The notes under the pieces were generated by a model. The model made no database searches. It was not told where the DNA came from and was given only the letters and a program-made list of their open reading frames with translations. This document shows, in pieces, positions 26,382 through 40,871 of a stretch of 64,000 nucleotides of DNA. Within the stretch, counting starts at the first letter, position 1. Each line of letters starts with the position of its first letter. Source of the stretch: Geosiphon pyriformis uo1 (Eukaryota > Fungi > Glomeromycota); assembly GCA_016748015.1 (NCBI GenBank), contig JAAOMT010000590.1:553912-617911 (forward strand). Reading direction: 5' to 3'. The translations under genes were made by a program, and so were the position numbers.

Positions 26382-29300
26382 TTACAAGAAAAACATAGGA
26401 AAATCTAAATAAAAAATTCATTAATTCTTAACCATTCTTAAACTATGTTTCGGCTAAAAAAAATTAATATAGGCTTACCTTTACATAAAGACTCCTTTAC
26501 TTTATGGAAAATTGGGGCAGTATCTTTATTCGGAAAAGTTTCAAGATGGAGGCTTTGATGATAATAGCAAATAAGGTTCAATTGTTTTAGTGAGGATGAA
26601 TAAATAATTCTTGAAAGGAAAAGCTTAAAAAAAAAGAAAGAATACCGAGCTCTCTTTGCAGCCAAATGTGCATAATCTAGGTAGTGAATAAGCCTTGAAA
26701 TATTAGATTTATTACATAAAAAACATGTGTTATAAAGAAATGTTCATGCACTTACATCCGGGTGGAGCAAAAGATATAGAACGAGTAGCACTAATAAAAT
26801 CATTAAAAATCATTAAAACTATTAAGCCTTTAAACTTTTGAAAGAAATCAATCGTCTCACCGTTGATAATTATAACAAAGGTTATAGCAGAGTTTTTGAA
26901 TACTATCAGCTGTGAAATTATTCTCGTCATGGAGCACGTAATCTGCCGGTAAACGATAAATTGGATTAAAAAATAAAAACTCATATCAAATATGATAGTT
27001 CAATGAAATTGTCATAATTACAATGTGCTGGCCGTGATGTTCCTTGTAAGCTTGCATGAGATACCAGGTCTTTTTAATTAAGATACATATTTTAGTATGA
27101 GGAAGGCCAGAAGGCTAGAATTTTGGAATATGTATGATTAATTTATCATACATACAAAAATCAAAGAGCCATGGATGAACTATTTTTCGATCCACTACAG
27201 TCCCTGGGCGCACATTTCCTTTCCTGAAATAAATCACAGACAGTTAATTTTCAGATTGAAAATAAAATTCAAAGACACATCATATTATACACACTTATCT
27301 TTATCTGGGTCATTCTTTCCGTATAATCTTGTGTGATGGCGCTTGGTGACAACGATGAACGTTATAAGTGGTTTCCATCCATTTTGAAGGGCGTCGCAAG
27401 CCTCTGTTAAATTCGTTAATAATGAACGGTTTTGAAAGAGGGATACTTTTTAGCTTCTGTCCAAAAAGTCACCTTCAATCCCGCGTAATTCTTCTCTTAA
27501 AACGCGGTCAAATTGACTGTCCGAAACACCATCCCTAAACATCAAAATCCGTCTTGGAACTAATTCATTTTTCTGTTTGTAGACCTTCAAAATCTCAAGT
27601 ACCAAATCTTTCATATTATTTATGTGTTCTGTCTCTGGTTCCTGTGCATGGAGTTTTGCAGTATATTGTCCACCTTGACGATCAAGGGATCCCACGACCG
27701 CTACGATCGAAGGAGGAACTTTGAAGATGAAATATAATTAAATCAATGAGAAAGTTGCAGATTCATGATGATTTATGATTCTCAATTTGTAGACCAACCT
27801 TTTTCTCCTGACCGTTTCCTTGGCCAATGAGTAACATCAGCACCAAGCAGTAGAACTGGTTCCTTTTCGAGTAGTGGGATTTCAGTTGAATTCTATAAAA
27901 AAGAGGTTACAAGTTTTCAAAGGATAATCTGGCGAGATTTCTTTGACTACAAATATAATAATATTTCTTTGACTACAAGTATAATATTGGCAGCAGACTC
28001 ACAAGCTGAACATTTATTCCTCCAAGTTTGCTATTCAGTTTCATCGCTACGTTGGCACAGTATTGTTTGTTGCTAATGGCGACTCTTTCGGCTTGAACAC
28101 ACTGGCTGAGAATTCCCAAATTGATCTCGGTTGTGAACTTTACAATCCTATAAAGTTTTTCTTGAGTATCTGGAAGAATAAGGAGTATCAATTGATGGTC
28201 CCCATTGGATTGCTTTTCAGCTTGTTGATGGTGTCTTTGTATAGCGTTCATGATATCATTGTCATTGATTAAAAAAGGAGCAAAATCGATCCAGGGAATG
28301 TTATCAGAAATTTCCTTTATCATCAAATATTCACACGTATGGGAATTAATGGAAAAAACTTTTTTTTGAAAATGGAAAAATCTTTTTTTAAAAATTTGAA
28401 TTCTCACCATTCCTTGATCTCTTGATGTCTGTATAAGGTCTCGGAGGAATTTTTTAATGATTACCTCATCGAGATATTGTTTCGCTACAAAAGAAAAGAC
28501 TGACCAATTTTTCAAGTTCACCCCAGATTTGACAAATCTACGATCCCGGAGATTCCAAACACCCTCTCTAGGAGTCAAATCGCCACCTACCCTGGACCGA
28601 GAGTGATATGATATAGTTGGGGCATTCAACACACGAGCTGAAGACATTCAGAAATAAAGTGTGACAGAGAGGGAAGATTAATGTTCATCTAGTCGAGTCG
28701 AGAAATGAAAGATGGTTATTTACCTGGGACAAGAGCAAAGTTTTGGTCAATATTAGTACCAAATTCTAACAACCGTTTGTCTGTAGTAAATCTTAAGAGA
28801 TTTTTGACCCCTTCCTGGATTAGCTGTTTATTTTTCAATGGTCCCAAGGCCGAAAACTTTACCATTTGAGCTCTTTGGTTCTTACTCAATTCCTTGCCCT
28901 TGGGGGGATATGTTTGGCCCTTAATATATAAATGTAAAGATGATAAGAAGAAGAAGAAGAAAAAGAAGCAAGAAAATTATGAAAAATATATTTTTAAATC
29001 AAAACTTACCTCTTCAATGAGGCACACCTCTATAGGCAGTTGAATATTATTACCAGTTTGTAAATCAACAAGGTGCGGACAAGTAAGCTTAATTTTATAT
29101 TTATCTTGGAAATAAGTGGCAATACTAATGTTTTTAGTCGGAATTAAGGCCTTATGGGCGTTTTCTCTTGACAATTCTTTTATGTGGTAAGATGCCGAAC
29201 GATGGGTGGTTTTAATTTTAAGCTGATGTATCACGCTGTTGATTGTTTCGGTTTGAGCTCTATTGAATAGATTTGGGAGTGGCCCTCGCAAGTTGAGAAG

Positions 29301-30450
29301 CTTTGAAATAAATTGTGGAAGAGGTATCGCCTCGTAAAAAGATTTGAAGGTGGTGTTCACGTTTATAAAAAAATTATCTTTAACGTTAGAAAGGAGAAAT
29401 TGTTGAAGGTGTGTTATTTGTTTGATCGATAGATAATGGGGAGGAGGAAAAAAAGGTTGGTATGGAACGGAATAGAATAGAAATAAAACCTTCGCCCGGA
29501 TGAACAGCGGCATGATAACCCATATACATTTCGACCCCGTTCCCCAGATTTTGACCATTTTTGTAAGAGAAGATGGATTCTCCTACTTGTTTAAAATTCA
29601 ATGCTGGATCATGATGTATGAGGGCATTTAAGCATTTTACGCCGACTATAAAAATCGTGGCAAGAAAAAATGGGATTGAAATTGATGGAAATCAATATTT
29701 CAAAAAAAAAAAAAAAAAAAAATTAAAAATTTTTTTTACCCATATTCAACCAATCGAACTCTATAATTTTTTTTTTATTGTAATCGGACAATTGTTGGAA
29801 ATTACAAGTTGATTTTAACTGGGTAACTTTGACCTGAAATTTTTCATCCTCAACCAAAACCTAGTAGGATAAGAATGGTGAAAGTTTAAAATTTGGAGGT
29901 AGCAAAAATTGAAAAAACAATTTTGTATTTTATCACGAAAAATTCATTACAGTGATTGTTGCATTTTCACCTTGAAGACCCAGAGGCTTTGTCGAATAAA
30001 TTGTATTATAACCTGATATTTGGACGGGGGGGGGGGGGGGGAGGAATTTAAGGAAACAATTAAAAGTTGAATTGGCAAGGGAAAACTTTCAGAGTTCATA
30101 CTTTACCATCGAAAGTTGTAGCAGTGTCTTTAAACCAATTTTCGCTGTAATCATTTTCAAGTTGACGAAAAATTTTATGCTTTTTTAGTTGGGGTATTTT
30201 TTTTTGAACAAGAACTCTTTCATCCCCGTCGGAATTAGATTTGATTAAATTCACTTCAAAATTAGATTGATGGAAAATAGAATTTGTTGCAACCTGAAAA
30301 TCCGAAAATCATTATTAAAATATTGCACAGACACACACACACACACACACACACATGAATCCTTCTCAGAAATACCTTTTGTATTTCAAAATGATTTGCG
30401 TAAATCTCGGTTTTCCTGCCCAATTGACCATAGTCCGGTCTTTTGGCCAT
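26382..30450 (-). CDS. ago: Argonaute family protein (N-L1-PAZ-L2-MID-PIWI), 19 exons, about 838 aa, predicted slicer-competent
   Basis: Hand-built GT-AG exons: 30450-30376, 30293-30107, 30012-29951, 29860-29740, 29645-29490, 29377-29010, 28919-28724, 28637-28408, 28314-28003, 27892-27799, 27718-27473, 27403-27295, 27223-27156, 27069-27022, 26942-26861, 26790-26756, 26676-26646, 26552-26479, 26404-26382. They sum to 2517 nt in one frame. Motifs: RPDYGQLGR..ANHF, YFQDKY..LPIEVC, SQCV, NSKLGGIN, GADVTH, RDGVS, KRHHTR, PGTVVD, QGTSRPAHY, YYAHLAAKRAR, C-terminal MFFL. Confidence 0.96.
30332..30355. repeat. (CA)n microsatellite in Argonaute intron 1; a long G run (about 30025-30041) lies in intron 2
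   Basis: Seen directly. Confidence 0.9.
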
Positions 30451-31346
30451 TTGTGTATTGACCAAGTTCAACGTTTGGAGGAATAAAGGTTGAGGGTAAG
30501 AAACAGCAATGGCGTTAACCAAATGCTGTCCTTTCGTTATTTTTGATAAAATGGTTTTACGAGTTTATGATTGAAGAAAATTGATTAGGCAGGGACACTT
30601 TGCGTTTAAATAATTTTATTGATGGCAATGTATAGTTGTTTTTTCATGAAATAAATTAAAAGTAATGATAAAAAGATGATTATAAATTTATTTTGCGAAA
30701 AAATCGTAATAATGAGTTATTTTAACGGGTTTAACAATGTCCAGAATACAAGTATGGAAAAACTCGGTTGGTCTTACCCATTTTTTAAATAATAATGTAA
30801 ATCCAATAAAAAGAAAATCAAATGTTTTGAAAATTAACAAATTTGGATAAATTAATCTTCTGTTTAGTGATTTCTGTGGAGCATGATAAAAAAAGTTTGT
30901 GTGCTGTTTAACAAAGAAAGGAATTTTATGAAATTAAAATTTTTTTTACCTTTAATAACTTGAATTTATTATTATTATTATTATTATTATTAAATTTTGG
31001 ACGACAATACATTGAAAAATTGTAATATTATGCTTGAATAACAATCGATCACGATGCCAAGATTTAAATACAAGTTCAATTTTTATAATAATTGATTTAT
31101 TTAAAAAATATCAAATTTACTAATATTAAATATGTATAAAAATAGTGATATATATAGTGCTAACAAAATCTTAATTTATTTCAAGTATGCAAAAATCATA
31201 TAAACTGATATTATAGAACAAATTTATAATTGTCAAAAATTGTAAAAATTTGTTTATATTTTGATTAACCTATTTGGTCAGTTTTTTAAAAAACTGTTTT
31301 AATGAGTATAATTAGTTGAATATGAATATTTATAATAAATAGAATC

Positions 31347-31348
<2 letters not shown>

Positions 31349-31411
<63 letters not shown>
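31349..31411. repeat. (AAT)n microsatellite, about 21 units
   Basis: Seen directly. Confidence 0.95.
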
Positions 31412-31947
31412 TTTAAATTTATTGGTGATTTATTGATTTATAAATTACAAATAAATAAATTGAATATTTAACCTTTTTTTTTACCCAATATTAAATAAAT
31501 AAATAGCAAATATGTTATAAATGGATTGATTTATTACGTTAATTATTAAAGTAACAAATTATTAATTTTATGCTTATAAAAGCTTTAATATTTTATTAAT
31601 TAATCTATTTAGTTTCCATTTGGATATAATTATAATTTTTTCTATCTATCCATCTATCCATCTATCTATAAATCTATAAGTCATTTATTAATCAATTAAT
31701 TTATTTATTCAAAACAAATTTACTATAAACAAATTTTCAACTCTATATTAATTAAAAATATTTGATAAAAATTAAAATATTCATTCATTGAAACAATGGG
31801 TGTATTATGTAAACAACGATCATAAAATGAAAGGCTTTCGTGTTCCAAAATCCCATAAAAACATTCTTTAAACTATAAAAAATTTGAATTTAAAAATGTA
31901 TGATGCAAGAATTTAAAAAAATAAAATATTATTCAATAAATTTAATC

Positions 31948-31952
<5 letters not shown>

Positions 31953-31978
<26 letters not shown>
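31953..31978. repeat. (TA)n microsatellite
   Basis: Seen directly. Confidence 0.9.
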
Positions 31979-31980
<2 letters not shown>

Positions 31981-33775
31981 TAAAAACAAAAAGCTTTCAA
32001 GAAATTTTAGCATTATAAAAAAAAAATTTCAATTCGTATTTCTCCTTTCATTACTTAAACAAAAAAAATTTAAGCAATTAAGAATTTTAATAATATCTAC
32101 CATAAAAAACAGCTTTTGTATTCAACTATATTTTATTCTTAAATTAAGAATTTTCATTAAACATAAATATATATATACACATAATATGTTTTAGCATTTT
32201 AAGCAAAAATCACGAAATAAGAAAATATAAAATGTTAATTATTACATAAAATTTTAATTTTTTCCATTATATTTTTTTTTAATAATAAACAGTTAATAAA
32301 ATAACGTTTAAAAACAAGATTTTATAACTGATCAAAAGAAAAAAAGATATAAAGTAATCTAATTACTTACTACTTAACTTTAGGGTTTTCAGATTATATT
32401 TTAGAATCAAAAAAAATTCAAAACACTTACTTTAAAATTTAATAAGCAGTCAATCAATCTTTTAGAAATTTAAACAAATAACAAGCTAATTAAGAATTGG
32501 GTAAATATCAAAATATCTTAAGAAAAATACATTTTTCATGCTGTTATAATCTATTTTCAAGTTATTCTTATGATTAAACATCAAACTGACTGTTGCTTTA
32601 TTGCAAATAGATTTTAAACTAGAAATTTTACAAATAATTATTTATAACAACAAATTTTATAAGAATATAAAACTTATTTAATTAAAAAAAAATCTTGAAT
32701 TTTCAATTTGTTTTAAGAATTAAAACCATTTAAAATAAATTAAGTTTGAATAAACTAAATAATAAATTCAGAATCTCGTCTTTTGTAAAAAAAATATCTT
32801 TTATACAGCTTAACTGATTAGTTAAACTGAAAAAAAAGAAATTTTATATATCTCAACAAACATAAAATAATATTGGTTTTATATATATTTTAAGTATTAC
32901 TTATTAAAATATTTTTATATCAATTCTTTTATGGCAAATTCTTGTTCAAAAATAAATAAAAAAAATTTTAACTAAAAAATTAATTAAAAACAAAATAAAA
33001 CTTAATTTTTATAATAATTATAATTAGAATAAAAAATGAAAAATAAATAATTATAAATTTTTTTATAATAACTAAAAATATTACAATTTTTAATTATTTT
33101 GTAATTATTTTTTTTAATTAAAAATCTCTTTTTAATTAAGGTTTTTATAAAACAATACATTAAAAGTTATTTTAATATTATTACAAATTAATAATTAAAT
33201 TATTGTTCTTTTTTGTTTTATTAATTTAAATTATAATAATATATATTTTATTAACAATAATATTTTTTAATTTAAACAATAATAATAATAAAATATTTAT
33301 TAAAATAATCACAAATTAAAAAATAATTATATTGTTTAACATAATTAATTTTAACAAAATAAGTATAAAAATCAGCAATATTATAATTTAACAAACAAAT
33401 TTTTTATAAATAACAAATATTTTTAAAAACTATTTTTACTTTAATTTATTTAATAAATAAACTTTTATTATATTATTTTTTAACTTAACAATAATTATAA
33501 AAATCAGATTTAATTATATATAATTTTAATATATATATAATTAATAATTTTTATTTATTTAAATTAATAATAATTTTATTAAATAATTGTATATATTTAA
33601 GTATTAAAATTATTATTTACAATTTAATTAATATCTATAATATTAAATTATAAATATCTATTTTTATATCTAAAATTAAATCTAAAAAATAAGCTAATAT
33701 ATTAAAATAGTTAAAATAAACAAATATTAATAAAATAAAGTAAATATTACAAGCAAATTTTTTTTATAAAATTAA

Positions 33776-34435
33776 TATTATAATTAAAACTTATAGTTTT
33801 TATTAACTATTATATATATTAGCTATTAATATTATATAATTAATCATCTTATTTTTAAATAGTAATTGTTAACCTGATTATTAATCCAATTATTGCTTAC
33901 TTTTAATAACTATATAAGTAATAAGTTTTTTAGCTATAAAAAAACATGATCAAAATAATAAAATAAAATTCACTATTAATTATTTTCTTTTATATTACTT
34001 ATTTTTTTCTTATCTTTAAGTATCTAAATATCTTAAGATAAAAAATTACTTGTTAATATTTATATATTTTATTTTATTTTATTTTTAATTTGTATTATTA
34101 AAATTAATTTAAGAAGCAATTGTTTGTTTTTGTAATTTATTAAATAAAAAATAATTAAAAAACACAATAATATTTATTATTAATTCTAAAAATTGCTAAA
34201 TTAAAGCATAAAATAATAACAGTAATGTTATCTTGTTAATAATTATAAATTAGTTCTTTATTTTTAGATTTCCAAAAAAGATTAATAACTATAACTTTTA
34301 TAAGACTGATTATATATATTTAATTTATATATATTTAATTTTTTTTCTTATTATAATTTTTTTTTAATTATTTTTATTATCTTATAATCTTGTTTTCTCT
34401 TATTATTTGTTAATTTATTATTTTAATCTATAACA
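33776..34435 (+). repeat. 5' LTR of the old Gypsy
   Basis: Collinear with 53345-54030; ends TAACA before the PBS. Confidence 0.8.
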
Positions 34436-37400
34436 TAAAAGTGGTGTTTTTTGTGAAATTGTCAAAATCTACTTGTTTATTATTATACAGATAATTATTT
34501 ATACTTAATACAACAATTAAAAAAACACTTTACAATACACAACAAAAACAACTTAGATTTTATTGAACTCAATTTTTTGTTTTTCTGCTTAATTTGTTTT
34601 TATATTAAAAAACAATCTAGTAGATTATTCCAAGACTTTTAAAACTGGTTTTTAAATAAGTATTTAGTTAAAATCTATACAATATACACAACTTATTTTT
34701 TTAATTAAGCTTATTTTAAAAACTTTTTTGAAAAAAAAAACAATAATATTAATTAATTCTTATATTTTACAACCTTTAAATAACAATTTCTTAATTTCAA
34801 ATATTTAAACTATCAAATTTATATTTAAATTGCTGTTTATTAACTAGCTAAAACTTTTTTTAAAACAAAAAAAAACTATTAAACTACTTTTGTTTTTGAT
34901 CTTTTTTCAAATAAATTAGATTTTTCTATATAAACAACTATTCCTAAACCAATAACTATTGATTTCATACAAGCAAATATTTGGCTACTTTTTAAAATAT
35001 ACAAACTGTTTTAGAACAAAAAAACAACATTTTATTATTATTATTCAGAAATAATATCTAAAACTTAATTAAATAATTGAACAATTTTAAAAGAGCAGTC
35101 ATAATTAATTAATATAATATTAAATACAAATTCCAAATTGTTTGTAATTATTTTCAAGACTTTTTTGCTACTTGGTTCTTATAAAAAACTAATGTTAATA
35201 TTTACCAAAAAATTATCAAATAGACATTAATAAATATTGAAAAAGAAAATATTTTTTTTATTATCTGGTTTGAAAACAAATTCAAAACTCTAATTTTAAT
35301 TTTTAAATAGTATATAAAATTGAAAAAAAATATTTAAAACCCAAAAAAGTGGTAACTAAATATATTAAGATAATAAAAAAGCTTATCAAATAAATAAACT
35401 CTGGAAAAAATTAAACAAAAAAGCAGAAATACATTTTTTTACAAAAAAATTAAGAATTAATCTTTTATATACTTTTTGGTTTTTCTTAATTCTAAAAAAT
35501 AATTTAATAATGAATATAATTATTAAATTTATATAAAAATTAAAAATAATTAAAGAATATATTTAAGATTTATTTTACTAGTTTTTGTTATTGTTTTTGT
35601 TTTAATTTCTGTTTTTTAAATAACTGTTACTTTTTTTGCTACTCAAACTCAAAATTTTAATAAACAATTAATAGACAAATTTATAATTAATTTTGTTTAA
35701 TTGCTAAAACTTTTAGTTTAAATAGTTAAAAATAACTAACAATCATAAAGACTTAGTTTTAAATCTTATTTTAATCAGCTTTAGCAACTATTATATTAAA
35801 GACAGCAAAATTATGGCCCATTTGTATATTATTATTATAAATTAATTAAATACTTTTCAAAAAATTACAACAATTTTCTATTGTTTTTTCTAGTTTTCAG
35901 AAACAATAATACTCAGAATAACAGAATTATTAATAAAAATGTCTCTAATTAAAAACTTAATTATGCTAACATTAATTTTTTTAAAGAAAATTTTTTAGTT
36001 AAAGCTATTGTTTATTAGTTTTTAAACTAATAGATATATTTTTATAAGATAAAAGTACAAGTCAACTAAAAAAAATCTGTTTTATGTTTTTAATTAACTA
36101 ATAATTTATCTTTAATTTAGAAAAAATCTTTACAAATCTTTAATTCTAAAGAAAAAACACCAAAAACTAACATATATTTTTGTTAAGTTAAACTGACTGA
36201 TAACAGTAATATTATCTCTTTAATCTGCAAAGTTCAAATAACTGATTACTTTATTAATTTAATTTTAAACAACAGATTTTTTGTAAAAATTATTAATAGA
36301 AAAATTAATAAACTTTTTACTTGACCAATAACTAATATATATAATAATAATAAAAAAGTTTTGGTATAGCCAAAGTTATTCCTGTTTACTTAATAGTATT
36401 AGTATTAAAATTGATATAAAAGTTTCTAAAGCCAAGAAATATATTATTATTGTTAACAATAAATGGCTCAAAAAAGCAAAAGTTTTACTTAATTATAAAT
36501 TATACAAATTAATCATTAAATATAGTAAAAAGTCTATTGTAATTAAGTATTATTATTAAACAACTTTTCTAATATTCAAATAAAATTAAGAAAAAAAACA
36601 ATTAAAGGAATCAAATTATAAAAAAAATAAAATAAAATAAAATAAAAAAAACCAAAAAAAACTACTAAACTTATTTATATTATTTTTACTAATAATAGCA
36701 AGCCATTAAACAATATTAAAGCTAATAAGAAAAAAATTATTGTAAATAACAAGATAATTTGCTGGTTTTATTATAATATCTTTAAGAAAATATTTGATAG
36801 AAAGCTTAATAAAAAAACAAAATATAGTTATTAGTAACATAGTTCTTGTGTTTAGTATTAGTATTATAAACTATTATATTCTTTTAATAATAATAAAACA
36901 AAAAAAAATCTTCTTAGAATAAAAAATAAACATAAAAAATTTGTTGGCTAAAAACATCTCAGTTATTTCAAAAAAAAATAATATTTTTAAACAAACTTAT
37001 ATAATATAACAATTATTATTATTAAAAAAACTTATCTTATCTATTTAAAGCCTTATTAATTCAATTATTATAGTAATATTCAAAAAAAGTAAGATTCTAT
37101 GCTTTTATATTGACTACTGTCAATTAAATACTATTATTAAAAGAAATATACTTTCTTTTTAAAATTAATACAATACTAAATTAATTTAATAGTACTGCTT
37201 TTTTTAACTATTGTTTTAACTATTAAATTTTGGTAAATAGAGATAGATTTAAAAAACAAAAAGAAAACTGTCTTTATTACCAAATATAATATCTATAAAT
37301 TTATAATTATGCTTTTTGGTTTTATTAATGCTTTTCTTATCTTTTAATGCCTAATAAATAAAGTATTTAAATCAGTAAAAAAAAATTTTGTTTCAGTTTA

Positions 37401-39972
37401 TTTAGACAATATAATAATATATTCAAAAATTTCAAATAAATATCTTAAACATTTGCCAAAAAATTTTGATCTGTTTAAAAATATTGACTTCAAAATTAAT
37501 CTAATTAAATCTTTTTTTGAATATCAATTCATTTAGTTTTTTGGTTATTTTATTATAAAAAATAAATTTTTTTTTAATTTAGCCAAAATTAAAAAAGTTC
37601 AGAACATGAAACAACTAATAAATATTTATAAACTATGTTTTTTTTTGATTTGGTCTTTTATTATTGAAAATTTGTTAAAAATTTCTCTAAAATTATTTTT
37701 TTTCTTAATTATTTATTCAAAAAACTGTCAATTATTATTAAAACACATATTAACAAAAAGTTTTTGAAATCTTAAAAAAAAAATTAGTTATAAAATTCAT
37801 TTTTATACAACTTGATTTGAATTAACTTTTTATTTTTTATACTAATATATCTGGTTTTGGACTTGGTGCTGTTTTTTTTAAAAAAAATAAAGATAGCAAA
37901 AAATATGTTATAACTTATACTAACTAATTACTCTTTTCAACAGAAAAAAATTACTTAATTACTAAACAGAAATGTTTAACAGTAATTTGGGCTATTAGTT
38001 ATTAAGATAAATATCTTTTTGGTACCAAATTTTTAGTAGAAACAAATTATCAAGCTTTGGTTTAATTGTATAAAAAAAAGAAACTAGAACACAAATAAAT
38101 AATTTGATAGATACTTTACTTAAATAAATTTAACTATAACATATAATATTATAAAAAGCAAATTATTAAAATACCAATATTCTTTTCAGACTTAATATCT
38201 AGTAATAAAACAACTTCTGTAAACTAAATCAACTTAATTATTAGTAATTCTATTTTAACCAAACATAATAATAGACTTAAAAAACTATTTTGTCTTAATA
38301 GAATCTTTGGTTAAAAAATAATATTTATTAAACTATATTTAACAAGAAAAAAAGCATTTGCAAAAACAATCAAATTTTTATTTAATCCATCAGAATTAAT
38401 TATACAAAAAAAATAGAAAAATTTTTAATTATTTCTAAAAAGTATTAAAATTATAAAAAAATTGTGATTTATAATATATATACTAATTTATTAACTGAAT
38501 ATTTTAAAAAAACAAAAACAATTCAGAAAACTTTAGCTTAGTATTATTGGCCTATTTTGGAAAAAAACATTGCTAATTATATTAAAATTTGTGATATTTA
38601 TCAAAAAAAAGAAAAATTCAATTACAAAAAAAATATATATCTAATCTTTATTGACCAACTATTTAACAAAATTAGTATAGATGTTGTTAAATCTTTAATA
38701 ATTCATAATGACAATAAATATATTATTACAGCTACTAATTATTTTATAAAGTAAGTAGAAACAAAAGTTATCTTAAATCAAACAGCAGACTTAATAGTTA
38801 ATTTTATTTATAAAAACATTATTTGTTGTCATAATTGTTTTAAAAAACTTTAATTTAATAGAAAAAGAGCTTTTTTTAGTATATTAATTAAAAAACTTTG
38901 TAGAAAAATAAGAATATATTATAAATTTTTTTTTCTTTATTATTTTTAAACAAATAATTCAATAGAATATTTTAATAAAATACTGTTTTTAGCTTTATTT
39001 GTTTATAAAACTGTAAATTATAACATAACAAATTATGAACTCTTTTATTTATTTTATGAACAAATGACAATTTTACTAATAAAAACAGATATTAAAACAA
39101 TACATTTTAAAAAAATTATAATAGAAAATCACAAAAATATTTTGTAAAAAAAACTTGGTATTATTCTTAACTTCTTAATAAAAGTATAAATAATTGTTTT
39201 TAAAAAAATAAAACAGTTTTAAAAAAAGCTTAAAAAAAAGAAAATCTATCTTAAGTATTAGTAACTTAATATTAAAATACTACTTAAATAAAACAATATT
39301 TATAGTAATAAGTTTTTTAGTTAGTAAAAAAACTTTTTATAATAAACAAAGTCCTAAATAATAATTCTTATATTTTATAAAATTAATATAAAACAATTTT
39401 TAATAATTATTCTGTTCATAATATATAACTCAAAAAATATTACAAAAAATCTGATTAGTTATCTGTTATAATAATACTAACTTAAATAATTAACAAAAAT
39501 TAATTATAAATAAATGTATTATTTTCAAAACAAAAGTATTTTTTGAATCAAAACATTCAAAATACTTTTTATATTTTTTATGAGTATTAAACCAAAAATT
39601 ATCTAAATACAATTTTAATTATTAAAAAACAGACTATTATAACTGATAATAATAGGACATATACTGTTATTAAACTAAAAAAAACCACTATTAAAAGAGA
39701 AAAAATTAGTAGCAAAATAAATAAATATATATTTAAAAACATTATAATAACTATGTTATCATCTTTTAATATTGTTATAAGTGATTATTTGGGTCTCAAA
39801 GCAAATAACAAACCCATAACTTGGTGTTTGATTGATGGTTTGGTGTTGGTATCTGAAGGTTTTGTTGATCTAAAGGTTTGATTGTAGAGTTCTTTGTATA
39901 ATGGACAAAGATTCAATAGTTGTTTTAGTAGTCTCCTAAAATTGCAATTCTGTTGAATTTCTTTTTCAATGT

Positions 39973-40857
39973 TGTTACAGGTGATTATTTCTACTGTTGA
40001 ATTAAATAACAAACCCGTAACTTGGTGCTTAAAAGCTACTTCCATTAAGGCTGTTCTGAAGGTGCTGTATCTGAAGGTTTTAATAGATCTGAAGGTTTTG
40101 GTTGAGTCCTTTGTATAATAGACAGAGATTCAATAGTGTCAATAGTAGATATATTTTCCAAGAGTTTTCCCAATTTCTTTTTCAGCATGGTGGCCAGATT
40201 TAGTCTGGCAGTCATGCTTTTCTGGTAAGCTATCTGATAATATATAAAATCTTACCCATATTTCTGGGTCTTTTACCAGGCTATCCTTGACATCAATAAC
40301 TCAGCACTTAATCTTTTATCAATTAGTATATAACAACAAATCAAAATAAAATAAAAAAAAATAAATAAAAATAAATAAAAAAAGCAAAGAAATAAGCCAA
40401 GGCAATTTGCAGATTAGTATCCTGTCAATAGCCATGATCAAGAGCTATTGTTCCAGCGTGATTAAGTATCAATTACTATCAACATAAAGGGTTGATAGTG
40501 GAGAAGTAGATGGAGATATAAAAATAATTATTTTATTTGATGATTGCATTTCTAGGCTAAGAATTCTGTAGTATCAATTCTGTCTTTTCTGTTTTTAACA
40601 CTACTGCTATATATACATAATTGAGATTCCTCAATTCCTTAATTCTTCATGACAGGAATCCTGGAATTTTTGGAATCCTGCAATTTTTTTGAGAGAAATC
40701 CTGGAATTCTGGAATCCTGCAATTCCTCGTTGAGAATCCTAAAATTCCTGGAATCCTGCAATTCCTGAGAGGAATCCTGGAATTTCACATTTACTACACT
40801 TACTTCTGATTGGCTAATAATTATGCTAATATATTTCCTATATTTCTATGAGTAACA
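39973..40857 (-). repeat. 3' LTR of the dUTPase Gypsy
   Basis: TGTTAC...GTAACA; direct repeat of 49275-50159. Confidence 0.97.
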
Positions 40858-40871
40858 TTATTCTCTCTTTT

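Noticed and set aside
26382-30450. Argonaute plus neighbouring RTs as a prokaryote-style defence operon, or TE-captured Argonaute
   Set aside because: The gene is intron-rich and eukaryotic, lies outside all element boundaries, and the RTs belong to ordinary retroelements.
40655-40786. Semi-palindromic repeats of about 37 bp as a CRISPR array
   Set aside because: No unique spacers, no cas genes, eukaryotic context; they are part of every related LTR.
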